Below, piece after piece: positions 34,465-42,586 of a DNA stretch of 54,740 bases; the stretch's first letter is position 1; every line of letters starts with the position of its first letter. The notes below the pieces were generated by a model that saw nothing but the letters and a program-made list of their open reading frames with translations, was not told the DNA's origin and did no database searches. This DNA is from Candidatus Onthocola stercorigallinarum (lineage in GTDB: Bacteria; Bacillota_I; Bacilli_A; RF39; UBA660). The position numbers were made by a program, and so were the translations under genes. Location of the stretch: positions 1-54,740 of the forward strand of contig DVMD01000095.1 in NCBI GenBank assembly GCA_018715145.1, read 5' to 3'.

Positions 34465-35061
34465 TTACTCCTTTACTGGAAATCCAATAGGAACGCCAGA
34501 GTCAGTATATCCAGCCACTTCTAACATTTCCTCAAATTCTTCTGTTAAATCATATATTCTTCCTGGCTTACCATGAGGTAAATGTACCAAATATAATTTT
34601 TGAGGTCTATCATTAATCAAGTATTCTACTGCATCGGCATACATACTTGTCTGTTTATAACATTTTTCTCTGTTCTTTGGAGTAGCTACCGCATATGTTT
34701 TAAAGTCAAATATAGCCTTTTCTTCAAATAATTCTTTATTTTGATTAAATAGTCTTACAAATTCATAAAATTCTTCTGTGAAGCCTTCTATTCCATCTTC
34801 TAGCCACTCTTGTATTTCTTTATGAATTAATGTACCTTTATCTCTTGCATAATCTAAAGTATCTTTTGAAATATTCGGATTATCATAGGTACCATCATCG
34901 AGTATTTGTGTAACACTAGGAACAATTTTGTTATCCACTCGATATGTATGCCAATCAGAATCAAAAGAAATATCTGTCATAAAATCATCATAACCAGTTA
35001 ATAAATCTATTGTTCCAGCATACTTGTCTGTATTAACTGCTTTTTCACATAATATTTTCAT
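34465..35061 (-). CDS. PD-(D/E)XK-type recombination exonuclease
   Basis: SVTQIL ... KGTLIHKEIQ ... AIFDFKT matches the PD-(D/E)XK pattern. It is paired with an annealing-protein gene. Confidence 0.55.
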   Translation of the reverse strand: MKILCEKAVNTDKYAGTIDLLTGYDDFMTDISFDSDWHTYRVDNKIVPSVTQILDDGTYDNPNISKDTLDYARDKGTLIHKEIQEWLEDGIEGFTEEFYEFVRLFNQNKELFEEKAIFDFKTYAVATPKNREKCYKQTSMYADAVEYLINDRPQKLYLVHLPHGKPGRIYDLTEEFEEMLEVAGYTDSGVPIGFPVKE

Positions 35062-35618
35062 TTATGACTTTTCCTTGCAATTACTTCTTCAGCTGTTGCA
35101 TAAGACATATCCTCAAGTTTTTTTAACTTATAATACATTAACATATCTGGGATTTTATCTTCACTTACTAGTTCTTTAATCTTTTTTATTTGTTCCGGTT
35201 CAATTAACTTTTTTGCTTCTTCTTCTGGTAAGTCTTCACCCGCATAAATGTATAATCCTAAACCATGTCTTGCCACTGCTTTTGTAAGGCTTCTTTGAAT
35301 TGTTTTATTTACATCAAAACTAGTTATATTTTCTAATAAAATGGATTTGTTTTTATAATCCATAACTGGCAGTTCTTCGATATGTTCAATACCATTTACA
35401 ATAACCCCAGTCTTTACCCAACAAGTCTTTCCATCAGTAAAATAATTTACCGGTCCTTTTTCAGTCTCTCTTTCGTAAATAACATAATTAGCATCTGGAA
35501 ATTTCTTTTTTATTTCTCCCCAAGCCCAAGCCCACGAAAGATAACTAAGATTATTTTTCTTTTCTACTTTATCTTGAACATTGATATTATTTAGTTCAAC
35601 AAAATAATTTTCTGCCAT
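35058..35618 (-). CDS. Rad52-like single-strand annealing protein (Sak/DUF1071 family)
   Basis: NNLSYLSWAWAWGEIKKKFPDANY ... RSLTKAVARHGLGLYIYAGEDLP is the characteristic Sak/DUF1071 pattern. Confidence 0.7.
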   Translation of the reverse strand: MAENYFVELNNINVQDKVEKKNNLSYLSWAWAWGEIKKKFPDANYVIYERETEKGPVNYFTDGKTCWVKTGVIVNGIEHIEELPVMDYKNKSILLENITSFDVNKTIQRSLTKAVARHGLGLYIYAGEDLPEEEAKKLIEPEQIKKIKELVSEDKIPDMLMYYKLKKLEDMSYATAEEVIARKSHK

Positions 35619-36161
35619 TTATTCTTTCTCCTTTACGATTTTCACTTTGCAGCCAAAATGTTCACATAGTTCTGTCATAGTCATTTCTATAACTTCAGGT
35701 TCTTTTCTTTCGAATACTGTTTCTAATTTAATTGGTCTTTCTACTTTGACAATGTCATTGTCAGATTTGCCCTCTTTGTCTTTTAAATCATCGGTTAGAC
35801 CATATATGCTTAAAGTTCTTCCTCGCAATGCACCATTATGAAACAGCGATTTACATCCTTCCCTATCAGTTACAATATCACCTTCTTGTAAGTCTGATTT
35901 TGTGAATTTGGATGTGTCTACTAATTCAATCATATCCATTGAAAAGAACCAATATGGTCCGTCACTATCACCAGACCAATCTTTTAATTTAATATTATAG
36001 TTACAAATTTCATCTATTGTTGCAGTTTTGCCACATAAATGCTTCATGTCTTCTATAAAGCGAGGTATACAATTAATACTTTCAAAACAATCTTTTCCAA
36101 ATTCTTTTTCCATTTGTTCCCAACTTTTTATTCTTACTCTGTCTCCAACTTTAAATATCAT
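35619..36161 (-). CDS. Hypothetical protein
   Basis: 180 aa ORF in the early operon. Confidence 0.3.
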   Translation of the reverse strand: MIFKVGDRVRIKSWEQMEKEFGKDCFESINCIPRFIEDMKHLCGKTATIDEICNYNIKLKDWSGDSDGPYWFFSMDMIELVDTSKFTKSDLQEGDIVTDREGCKSLFHNGALRGRTLSIYGLTDDLKDKEGKSDNDIVKVERPIKLETVFERKEPEVIEMTMTELCEHFGCKVKIVKEKE

Positions 36162-36164
36162 AAT

Positions 36165-36596
36165 CTAATTCTCCTTCACTTTCTTTATTATTTTACTAGT
36201 AACAACACTACTCTTTGACCCTACTTTTTGTTTTCCCGGAGTCTTGCCCTCGGGTACTTTAACTTTTACATAATGATCAGATTTTAAATCAGCAATTTCA
36301 TCTAATAATTTTTGATTGTCCGATTGAACTATCGTTGCTAATTTATAAGCATAATCGTATAGCTTTTGATATTTTTCATCTAATTTAATTAATTGTTCTT
36401 CTTTAAATCTGTTTTCCGTTTCTAATTCCTTGATAGTCAAATTTAAATTGTGAATATCGTTATGCAGATTATCAATTTCACACAAGTGTTCAAAACCACT
36501 CCCGATTTTTTCCTGTACCATTAATGCGATGTTATTTGCTTCAATCTCAAATATGTCTTTCATGTGTTGTATTTTTTTCTCTTTCAACTTAAACAT
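36165..36596 (-). CDS. Coiled-coil protein
   Basis: 143 aa with heptad repeats. Confidence 0.3.
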   Translation of the reverse strand: MFKLKEKKIQHMKDIFEIEANNIALMVQEKIGSGFEHLCEIDNLHNDIHNLNLTIKELETENRFKEEQLIKLDEKYQKLYDYAYKLATIVQSDNQKLLDEIADLKSDHYVKVKVPEGKTPGKQKVGSKSSVVTSKIIKKVKEN

Positions 36597-36927
36597 TTTC
36601 TTCTTCTCTCCTTAAAACAAATTGTGATACCATCTTTCCCGAATACGAACATCTCACTTTTGTTTTAGAACAATCAATAACCCCTTTTTTTAATAACTCA
36701 GTTAGTCTTGGAGCTGCTATGTTTCTTTCATCGGTATAAGCATAACCCCGTTTGTACATTTCAACTGCAATCTCTTTTGCCGTTAGAGGCTTGTCCAATT
36801 CTTTCATAATCTTAAGGATTTGCCTATATCTCTTTTGCTTATCTACTGTTTCATAAGACTCTCGTCTTGTTTCATATGTAGGTATTACACCAGGCCTAAT
36901 TTCTTCAAACATCGATAGTTGCATCAT
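36589..36927 (-). CDS. Winged-helix DNA-binding protein
   Basis: RYRQILKIMKELDKPLTAKEIAVEMYKRGY...RLTELLKKGVI is a wHTH-like pattern. Confidence 0.4.
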   Translation of the reverse strand: MMQLSMFEEIRPGVIPTYETRRESYETVDKQKRYRQILKIMKELDKPLTAKEIAVEMYKRGYAYTDERNIAAPRLTELLKKGVIDCSKTKVRCSYSGKMVSQFVLRREEENV

Positions 36928-37466
36928 ATACCCTCGGCTATAAACGATTTTGCTTTTTCTTTCGATGGTGGATTAAATATAAATTCAATTCTAGTCTTTT
37001 CTCTTTCGTCTTCCGTATGATCGTGTATCCACCAAAGTAATTTTTTATATCTTTCCTGAAACTCCTCGTCTGGCATCGCAAACAATTCTTTTCTAGTTAG
37101 CTCTTTTTTAAACCACTTTCTTGTTTCTCGAATAACATAATCAACCCTGCTACATTTTCCAAAATGTTCATCTTCTTCTTCATGTGAATTAAATCCCTTG
37201 TGACATCTTGGACAAAATATTACTGATTTAGTAAAATCTAATTTTTCATTTTTTGGTGTTAAACCTCGGATAATTCTTGATAACAAAGGTGGCGTCTTCG
37301 AGTATAAATCTTCAGCCATTAATTCTTTAAGATTTCTTTTTACATCTTCTAAATCATATACTTGTAATTCATTAAACCAAGCATTTATAACATTACTATC
37401 TACCTCAAAATGTGGATAATTAAGATTAATATAATTTAGTAGCTCAGTTACTTCATCTCTATTCAC
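36924..37466 (-). CDS. Replicative helicase loader (G39P-like, tentative)
   Basis: The N-terminus (VTELLNYINLNYPHFEVDSNVINAWFNELQVYDLEDVKRNLKEL) resembles the loader/inhibitor family of phage SPP1 G40P helicase. It lies downstream of the replication organiser. Confidence 0.45.
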   Translation of the reverse strand: MNRDEVTELLNYINLNYPHFEVDSNVINAWFNELQVYDLEDVKRNLKELMAEDLYSKTPPLLSRIIRGLTPKNEKLDFTKSVIFCPRCHKGFNSHEEEDEHFGKCSRVDYVIRETRKWFKKELTRKELFAMPDEEFQERYKKLLWWIHDHTEDEREKTRIEFIFNPPSKEKAKSFIAEGI

Positions 37467-38163
37467 TTTTACTTCTTATCCTTTCCATTTCTTTATCAAG
37501 AAATTCTCTAGTTTTATCTTTTTTACTTTGATTTTTTTTAAACCAATTTTCTCTGAATGATTTTCTAAGCACTAAATTAAAATTAGTATATTTGTTTTTA
37601 TTGTTATTACTTTCTACATATTCATCTAATAATTTAATTTGTTCATCTAACCTTTCTTTGCCATAATCTTCACAAAGTTTCTGATATTCTTTATCAGTTA
37701 ATTTTATTCTCTTATAATCTCCATAATTTTTTTTGGATTCTTTTTTTTGCGTACTAAAAATATTATTTATATTATCCTTATTCTCAGTATTTATTATATT
37801 AGTATTTATATATGTGTCATTTACTGACGCGTCACTAGATGACTCAGAGTTATTTATTGACTCGTCACTAGGTGACTCACACTTTTCTTTTAACACATAT
37901 ATATAATCTGTTTCTTTATTGTTTGTCGCTTTTATTAATTCTAAATATCCAGCATCTTTTAATCTCTTTATTTTGGAATTAATATTTCTTCTGTTACAAC
38001 CTAATTCTGTTCCTAAATAAGACTGATTAATTTTCCAACCATCAGGGAGTGAATATAGATAAATTAATAATCTATAATCTCCGTCACTTATATCATTTGC
38101 TCTAATAACCGAATTGGGTATTTGCGAATATTTATTTCTAATTTCACTTTTTAATATTGCCAT
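37459..38163 (-). CDS. Replication initiator / replisome organiser with an N-terminal wHTH domain
   Basis: YSQIPNSVIRANDISDGDYRLLIYLYSLPDGWKINQSYLGTELGCNRRNINSKIKRLKDAGYLE is a DnaD/phage-Rep type N-terminal domain. It is the first large gene of the early leftward operon. Confidence 0.55.
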   Translation of the reverse strand: MAILKSEIRNKYSQIPNSVIRANDISDGDYRLLIYLYSLPDGWKINQSYLGTELGCNRRNINSKIKRLKDAGYLELIKATNNKETDYIYVLKEKCESPSDESINNSESSSDASVNDTYINTNIINTENKDNINNIFSTQKKESKKNYGDYKRIKLTDKEYQKLCEDYGKERLDEQIKLLDEYVESNNNKNKYTNFNLVLRKSFRENWFKKNQSKKDKTREFLDKEMERIRSKSE

Positions 38164-38254
38164 ATCAAATTATATCCCTTTCTTCCATATTGCCCCCCGA
38201 TTTGATTTTTATTGTATTTTCTGATATAATCATTAAGTAAATAATTTTGATAAA

Positions 38255-38395
38255 TTATTTTGTTTGTGCTATTTGAACTGCAGATTCAGTAGCACTTTTT
38301 GTTTGTTCTAAACCATTAGCAAAAGCTAATACTAGAAATACAATACTCGCATAGAAAAATACCAATGGTAAATATTTATTTACTACTTTTTTCAT
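38255..38395 (-). CDS. Small hydrophobic peptide (46 aa)
   Basis: Hand translation: MKKVVNKYLPLVFFYASIVFLVLAFANGLEQTKSATESAVQIAQTK. The RBS is GGAAAGGAGAAG. Confidence 0.35.
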   Translation of the reverse strand: MKKVVNKYLPLVFFYASIVFLVLAFANGLEQTKSATESAVQIAQTK

Positions 38396-38510
38396 TTTCT
38401 TCTCCTTTCCGTGTTATTTCGATTTCAACACCTAATTTTTCAGCATACATCGTATATAAAAGTCTTATTATATGATCTATCTGCTCTTCCGTAGGTTTTG
38501 TTTTATCCAT
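38376..38510 (-). CDS. Small ORF (44 aa)
   Basis: Hand translation: MDKTKPTEEQIDHIIRLLYTMYAEKLGVEIEITRKGEENEKSSK. A GGAG lies upstream. Confidence 0.25.
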   Translation of the reverse strand: MDKTKPTEEQIDHIIRLLYTMYAEKLGVEIEITRKGEENEKSSK

Positions 38511-38582
38511 AAAAGTTCATCTCCTTATTTAAATTTTATGTTTCATTTTGTCGAAACTTGTGGTTGATTGTTTTTTTTCTTA

Positions 38583-38682
38583 TTCAGATGCTTAAGTGAG
38601 AGCTAAATGTGATAATTGAAAAAATTATTAACAGTTATACTTTTTTTTAGAAAGGAGTTTAGCTCTCGCGTAAGCATCTGAA
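38583..38682. repeat. Long imperfect inverted repeat (25-nt arms, ~50-nt spacer)
   Basis: TTCAGATGCTTAAGTGAGAGCTAAA (38583-38607) pairs with TTTAGCTCTCGCGTAAGCATCTGAA (38658-38682). There is one mismatch and one G:T pair in 25 positions. Confidence 0.85.
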
Positions 38683-38730
38683 TTTGAATACCGACAAATT
38701 GCGCGACTTTTGGCGGTGTTTTAGTTATGC

Positions 38731-38750
38731 ATGACAACTTGTCATATAAT
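38731..38750 (+). promoter_or_regulatory. Palindromic operator ATGACAAcTTGTCAT overlapping a TATAAT -10 box upstream of ORF 38804
   Basis: Read directly: a 7-1-7 perfect palindrome at 38731-38745 and TATAAT at 38745-38750. The -35 element is weak. Confidence 0.4.
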
Positions 38751-38803
38751 TTCTTGATTTTTACTTATTACTCCTTTACAATATTTGAAAAGGAGGGATA
38801 ACA

Positions 38804-39142
38804 TTGGATGGTACATCTAAGAAAATATTAAAATTTATTAATAAAAACAGTTCTGTTAAAAATCATTGCAATATATTTTATATTTGTGAAAAATTAGACC
38901 TAGATTATGATGTCGCAAAGTATTATCTAAATTTTTTATTGTCTCAAAACCTTATAGAATACTTTGACACATCGCTAGACTATAAAGACTGGTACTACCG
39001 CTCTACTCCTATAGGAATTGTCTATTTTAAAAATAAAATTGAACAAAGACTTTTAGCAATATGTAACAGTATTATTTTCCCTATCGTAGTATCATTAGCA
39101 ACAAACTTAATACTTGTGTTAATAAAATTAATATCAAAATAG
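38804..39142 (+). CDS. Small protein with an N-terminal wHTH-like region and a C-terminal TM helix (TTG start)
   Basis: 112 aa with an AGGAGGG RBS. The C-terminus is IIFPIVVSLATNLILVLIKLI. It is plus-strand, opposite to the early operon, so it is likely expressed in the lysogen. Confidence 0.45.
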   Translation: MDGTSKKILKFINKNSSVKNHCNIFYICEKLDLDYDVAKYYLNFLLSQNLIEYFDTSLDYKDWYYRSTPIGIVYFKNKIEQRLLAICNSIIFPIVVSLATNLILVLIKLISK

Positions 39143-39235
39143 TAATTTTATATATTGCTATTTTTTTATTTTGTTTTTTTATACTCAGTAATCTTGAGTC
39201 AATTAATTTTAATATTTCTGTATCCATATACTCTC

Positions 39236-39493
39236 CTATTCTTCTTTTATTTCTAAATTGTTTATGTTGCTATTAGTTACATTGATTTCCACAAAAAAAT
39301 CTGCTAATTTACAATTTAATATATCAGCAATTTGTTGTAAAGTTTCAACTTTTACTTTTTGCGGATTAACTTCATAGTCGCAATAAGTTGCACGTGAAAC
39401 TCTTAATATTTCTGCTAATTGTTCTTGCGAATATCCTGCCCTTGCTCGATAAGAACGCAAGTTATTAGAAACATATTTTAACTTATCTTTCAT
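39236..39493 (-). CDS. Cro-like XRE-family HTH regulator
   Basis: LRSYRARAGYSQEQLAEILRVSRATYCDYE is an XRE-type HTH. It is the first gene of the leftward early operon, divergent from the repressor. Confidence 0.8.
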   Translation of the reverse strand: MKDKLKYVSNNLRSYRARAGYSQEQLAEILRVSRATYCDYEVNPQKVKVETLQQIADILNCKLADFFVEINVTNSNINNLEIKEE

Positions 39494-39514
39494 AATTACC
39501 TCCTAACTACCTAC

Positions 39515-39543
39515 ATTATAGTTGCTATAAGCAACGTTGTCAA
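39515..39543 (-). promoter_or_regulatory. Leftward early promoter with an operator palindrome in its spacer
   Basis: The minus strand reads TTGACA (39543-39538), a 17-nt spacer, then TATAAT (39520-39515). The spacer contains the palindrome GTTGCTATAAGCAAC (39521-39535). Confidence 0.7.
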
Positions 39544-39572
39544 GTATCTTTTTGCTAAAAGTTACTTTTTAC

Positions 39573-39601
39573 TTTACATTTTGCAACTTTTGAATTATAA
39601 T
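39573..39601 (+). promoter_or_regulatory. Rightward (repressor-side) promoter
   Basis: TTTACA (39573-39578), a 17-nt spacer, then TATAAT (39596-39601), followed by an AGGAGG RBS. Confidence 0.6.
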
Positions 39602-39627
39602 TTTTAAAAAGGAGGAAATAATGTTTT

Positions 39628-39978
39628 ATGAATTTTTTATCTACAAATATTAAATTTTTAAGGCAAAATTCTGGACTAACACAAGAGGATTTAGCAAAAA
39701 TAGTTGGAAAATCGAGAGTGCTTGTAAGTCAATGGGAATCCGATGATAGAGAAATCACTACTGAAGATATTGTAAAATTATCAGATTATTTTAATCTGCC
39801 TATGGATGCACTTGTTGGAAAAGATTTAAGAATTGAAAAAAACAACTTTGATGAGTTGGATATACTATTTGACAAAAACAAAGATATTTTAACAGAATCA
39901 GATAAAAATATAATGAAAGCTATTATAACAGAAAGAAGAAAACAAATAGACAAAGAATTAGGTGAAGAAAATGAGTAG
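39628..39978 (+). CDS. CI/ImmR-like XRE-family repressor
   Basis: LRQNSGLTQEDLAKIVGKSRVLVSQWES is an XRE-type HTH. It is divergent from the Cro-like gene and followed by an ImmA-like protease. Confidence 0.8.
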   Translation: MNFLSTNIKFLRQNSGLTQEDLAKIVGKSRVLVSQWESDDREITTEDIVKLSDYFNLPMDALVGKDLRIEKNNFDELDILFDKNKDILTESDKNIMKAIITERRKQIDKELGEENE

Positions 39979-40294
39979 GATTAAAAGTTTTGCTACACAA
40001 TTAGGATGTGTTATAGCAACTCTATTAATGCTTTCCCCGCTGGCAATTATAATAAGAAGTGAATTTTATAGCACAAAAGAAATTATAATATTACTAATTG
40101 TTTCTATTTCATATGATGTATATATGTTTCAAACATTATTGACAGATGATGCTATAAAAAAAGAAAAAGAACATTACTATAATTTTGTAAAAAATGCTGA
40201 TAAAAAGCTTAATTTAAAATTAACTGACAAAGAGAAATATGAGCATTTACAAAATTATATTGAGAATTTCTTTGAAAAAAATACAAAAAAATAA
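39971..40294 (+). CDS. Small membrane protein in the lysogeny operon
   Basis: The start is moved to the ATG at 39971 (AGGTGA RBS). There are two TM helices (LGCVIATLLMLSPLAIII, IIILLIVSISYDVYMF). Confidence 0.45.
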   Translation: MSRIKSFATQLGCVIATLLMLSPLAIIIRSEFYSTKEIIILLIVSISYDVYMFQTLLTDDAIKKEKEHYYNFVKNADKKLNLKLTDKEKYEHLQNYIENFFEKNTKK

Positions 40295-40312
40295 AAGAAA
40301 GGATATGAGTTA

Positions 40313-40621
40313 ATGATTGAGCAATTACTTAAAGGGGGAATTGGTCAACAAGATATTTTAAATTATTATAATGCAACAATAACTTATATTGAAATGCCTT
40401 TAAATATTAGAGGATGTGTCCATTATTATAAAGGAATATATGATATATTGATAAATAAAAGTTTAAGTTATTATAAACGGAAAAAAACATTATTACACGA
40501 ATTGGCTCATATTGAATTAAACCAATTGTGTCAATACGATAAAGACTTATTTGCCTTTCATATTAACAAATATGAGGATGAAGCAAGTTTATATATTAAG
40601 AAAATTTTGGAGGAACTATGA
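40313..40621 (+). CDS. ImmA/IrrE-family zinc metalloprotease (short form)
   Basis: The HEXXH motif sits in LLHELAHIELNQ. It lies downstream of the XRE repressor, as in ImmR/ImmA modules. Confidence 0.65.
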   Translation: MIEQLLKGGIGQQDILNYYNATITYIEMPLNIRGCVHYYKGIYDILINKSLSYYKRKKTLLHELAHIELNQLCQYDKDLFAFHINKYEDEASLYIKKILEEL

Positions 40622-41034
40622 GAAAAAATAATAGAGCTATAATTATACTAACAATTATAATGATTATTATTTTGGTTATAAATATAATGGATGCTCAAAA
40701 TATATGTAACTATTACATTAAAGATTCATCATTTAATTGCATTATAAAGAATGCGTTAGGCTTAACAGATATATTTTATTTTATTGGTAAAAATTTATAC
40801 ATAATAATTTATATAATAATATTGTTATTTATTTTTAAGAAAAACAAAAATAAAATAAAACATAGGAAAGTACAGCACAAGGAAAAAGCAACTATCGCAA
40901 ATTATAAAAGTCAAAATTCATTAAAAAAAGAATACATAGATTCTAACTATTCGATAAAAGAAATTGGATTATTTATTTTTATAATCTGTATGATAATAGC
41001 ATTTATTTTGCTGATATTTCTATTCAGCAAATAA
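40618..41034 (+). CDS. Membrane protein in the lysogeny operon
   Basis: 138 aa with three hydrophobic helices and a GGAGGA RBS. Its start overlaps the ImmA stop (ATGA). Confidence 0.45.
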   Translation: MRKNNRAIIILTIIMIIILVINIMDAQNICNYYIKDSSFNCIIKNALGLTDIFYFIGKNLYIIIYIIILLFIFKKNKNKIKHRKVQHKEKATIANYKSQNSLKKEYIDSNYSIKEIGLFIFIICMIIAFILLIFLFSK

Positions 41035-41169
41035 AAAAGAGCCAGTACTGCGAATACTGACTCAAATGGATCTTATACAATCAACCACGATTAAATAAGG
41101 AATCCTCTTTAATTTTAACATAAAAGGGCTTCCTTATCAATAAATTTTTAAAGAAAAGGAAGTGTAAAA

Positions 41170-42552
41170 ATGAATAAAGAAATATATGTGGCAATTTATA
41201 TAAGAGTATCAACTACACATCAAGTTGAGGAAGGTTTTTCTCTTGATGCTCAAGAAAATAAATTAAGACAAATATGTGAATTAAATGGATACAAGATATA
41301 TAAAATATATGCTGACAAAGGAATAAGCGGTAAGGACACTATTCATAGACCAGCATTCCAACAAATGATGGAAGATATGGAGACAGGATTATTTTCTAAA
41401 ATACTAGTCATGAAATTAGATAGAATATCTAGGTCAGTTGCAGATTTAGAAAATATTATTAAGCAATTACAAAAGCATAACTGCGGATTTGAAAGCGCTT
41501 CTGAAAAAATTGATACAACTTCTTCAATGGGATTAATGTTTATACGACTGTTGGGTGTATTTGCTCAATTCGAAAGAGAAAGAATTGCCGAAAGAATTAG
41601 AGATGCATTTGATGAAAAAATCAAACAAGGTGGTGCAGTAACCAGATCATTACCTATGGGATATAAAATTGGAACAGATGATAAAGGCAAGAAAATCGTA
41701 ATCAAAGACATTGAGAAAGAAGAAATAGTTAAAGATATGTTTGATACTTATGAACGGACTAATTCGTTACAAAAAACCGCGGATTATTTAAATGAAAAGT
41801 ATCCTGATAAATTAAATAAATATATGGCTACCGGACAAGGAATAAGTAGAGCATTAGATAGCAAAATGTATTATGGATATTATCGTGGTAACGACAGTTA
41901 CTGCGAACCGTATGTCAGTAAAGAAAGATGGGAACGATTAAACGAAATTAAAAAATCTAAAAATATTAAAGGTTATAAACACACATTCATTTTTAGTGGT
42001 ATACTAAAATCATCTTGTGGACATTATTTAGTAGGTCATTTCTGCCACGGAGAAAATGCTTATCGATGTAAAATTTATTCAACTAACAAAAAATGTTCAT
42101 GCAACTCTGTGCGTGAAAAATATGTTGAAAAGCAGTTCCTAGATAAACTTAACGATTCATTAATAGAATATATTGATAAATACACTATCAAGATATCAAA
42201 TTCTAAATATATTGATAATACCAAAAAAATTAAATCTTTAGAAGAAAAAAAGCAAAAAATAATTAGTTCATTTATTAACGGGTGGATTAATGAAGATGCC
42301 GCAAAATCAGAAATTAATCAAATAGAAGTTTCTATAAAAGAACTTAAAAAAGACAATAAAATAGAAGATATAGAGGCATTAAAAAAGATTATAAATTCAA
42401 ATTGGAGAGAAAAATATAATCACTTTACAAAAGAAGAAAAACAAGCTTTTATAAGAAACTTAAATATAGACTATATCTATATAGATCATGAAAAATATAA
42501 TCAAGGATGGAGGGATAGAAAACCAGAATTTTTAACTATTTATTTCAAATAG
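41170..42552 (+). CDS. Large serine recombinase (phage integrase)
   Basis: 460 aa. It has a resolvase-type N-terminus with the catalytic Ser context AIYIRVSTTHQ and LDRISRS, a recombinase domain, a Cys-rich zinc-ribbon region (SCGHYLVGHFCHGENAYRCKIYSTNKKCSC) and a C-terminal coiled coil. It ends 28 nt before the att core. Confidence 0.95.
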   Translation: MNKEIYVAIYIRVSTTHQVEEGFSLDAQENKLRQICELNGYKIYKIYADKGISGKDTIHRPAFQQMMEDMETGLFSKILVMKLDRISRSVADLENIIKQLQKHNCGFESASEKIDTTSSMGLMFIRLLGVFAQFERERIAERIRDAFDEKIKQGGAVTRSLPMGYKIGTDDKGKKIVIKDIEKEEIVKDMFDTYERTNSLQKTADYLNEKYPDKLNKYMATGQGISRALDSKMYYGYYRGNDSYCEPYVSKERWERLNEIKKSKNIKGYKHTFIFSGILKSSCGHYLVGHFCHGENAYRCKIYSTNKKCSCNSVREKYVEKQFLDKLNDSLIEYIDKYTIKISNSKYIDNTKKIKSLEEKKQKIISSFINGWINEDAAKSEINQIEVSIKELKKDNKIEDIEALKKIINSNWREKYNHFTKEEKQAFIRNLNIDYIYIDHEKYNQGWRDRKPEFLTIYFK

Positions 42553-42560
42553 TTTATTAG

Positions 42561-42586
42561 CATATTAAATATGCTTTACCAGAAGG
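42561..42586. other. attR of the prophage (phage-side half-site CATATTAAATATG at 42561-42573 plus core CAGAAGG at 42580-42586)
   Basis: See attL. Phage DNA lies on the left, and host cwlJ coding sequence resumes at 42587. Confidence 0.8.

Larger units (their letters stand above)
3832..42586. mobile_element. Complete temperate prophage (~38.8 kb) integrated by a large serine recombinase into a cwlJ-like gene
   Basis: It is bounded by the duplicated CAGAAGG core. It contains lysis, tail, head, packaging, replication/recombination and lysogeny modules, with the integrase at the right end. Confidence 0.9.

Noticed and set aside
41040-41066. The hairpin GAGCCAGTA-ctgcgaa-TACTGACTC after the lysogeny-operon membrane gene as a terminator
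   Set aside because: The T-tract is on the wrong side for the plus-strand operon: an A-run precedes the stem. The integrase downstream must still be expressed. It is left uncalled.
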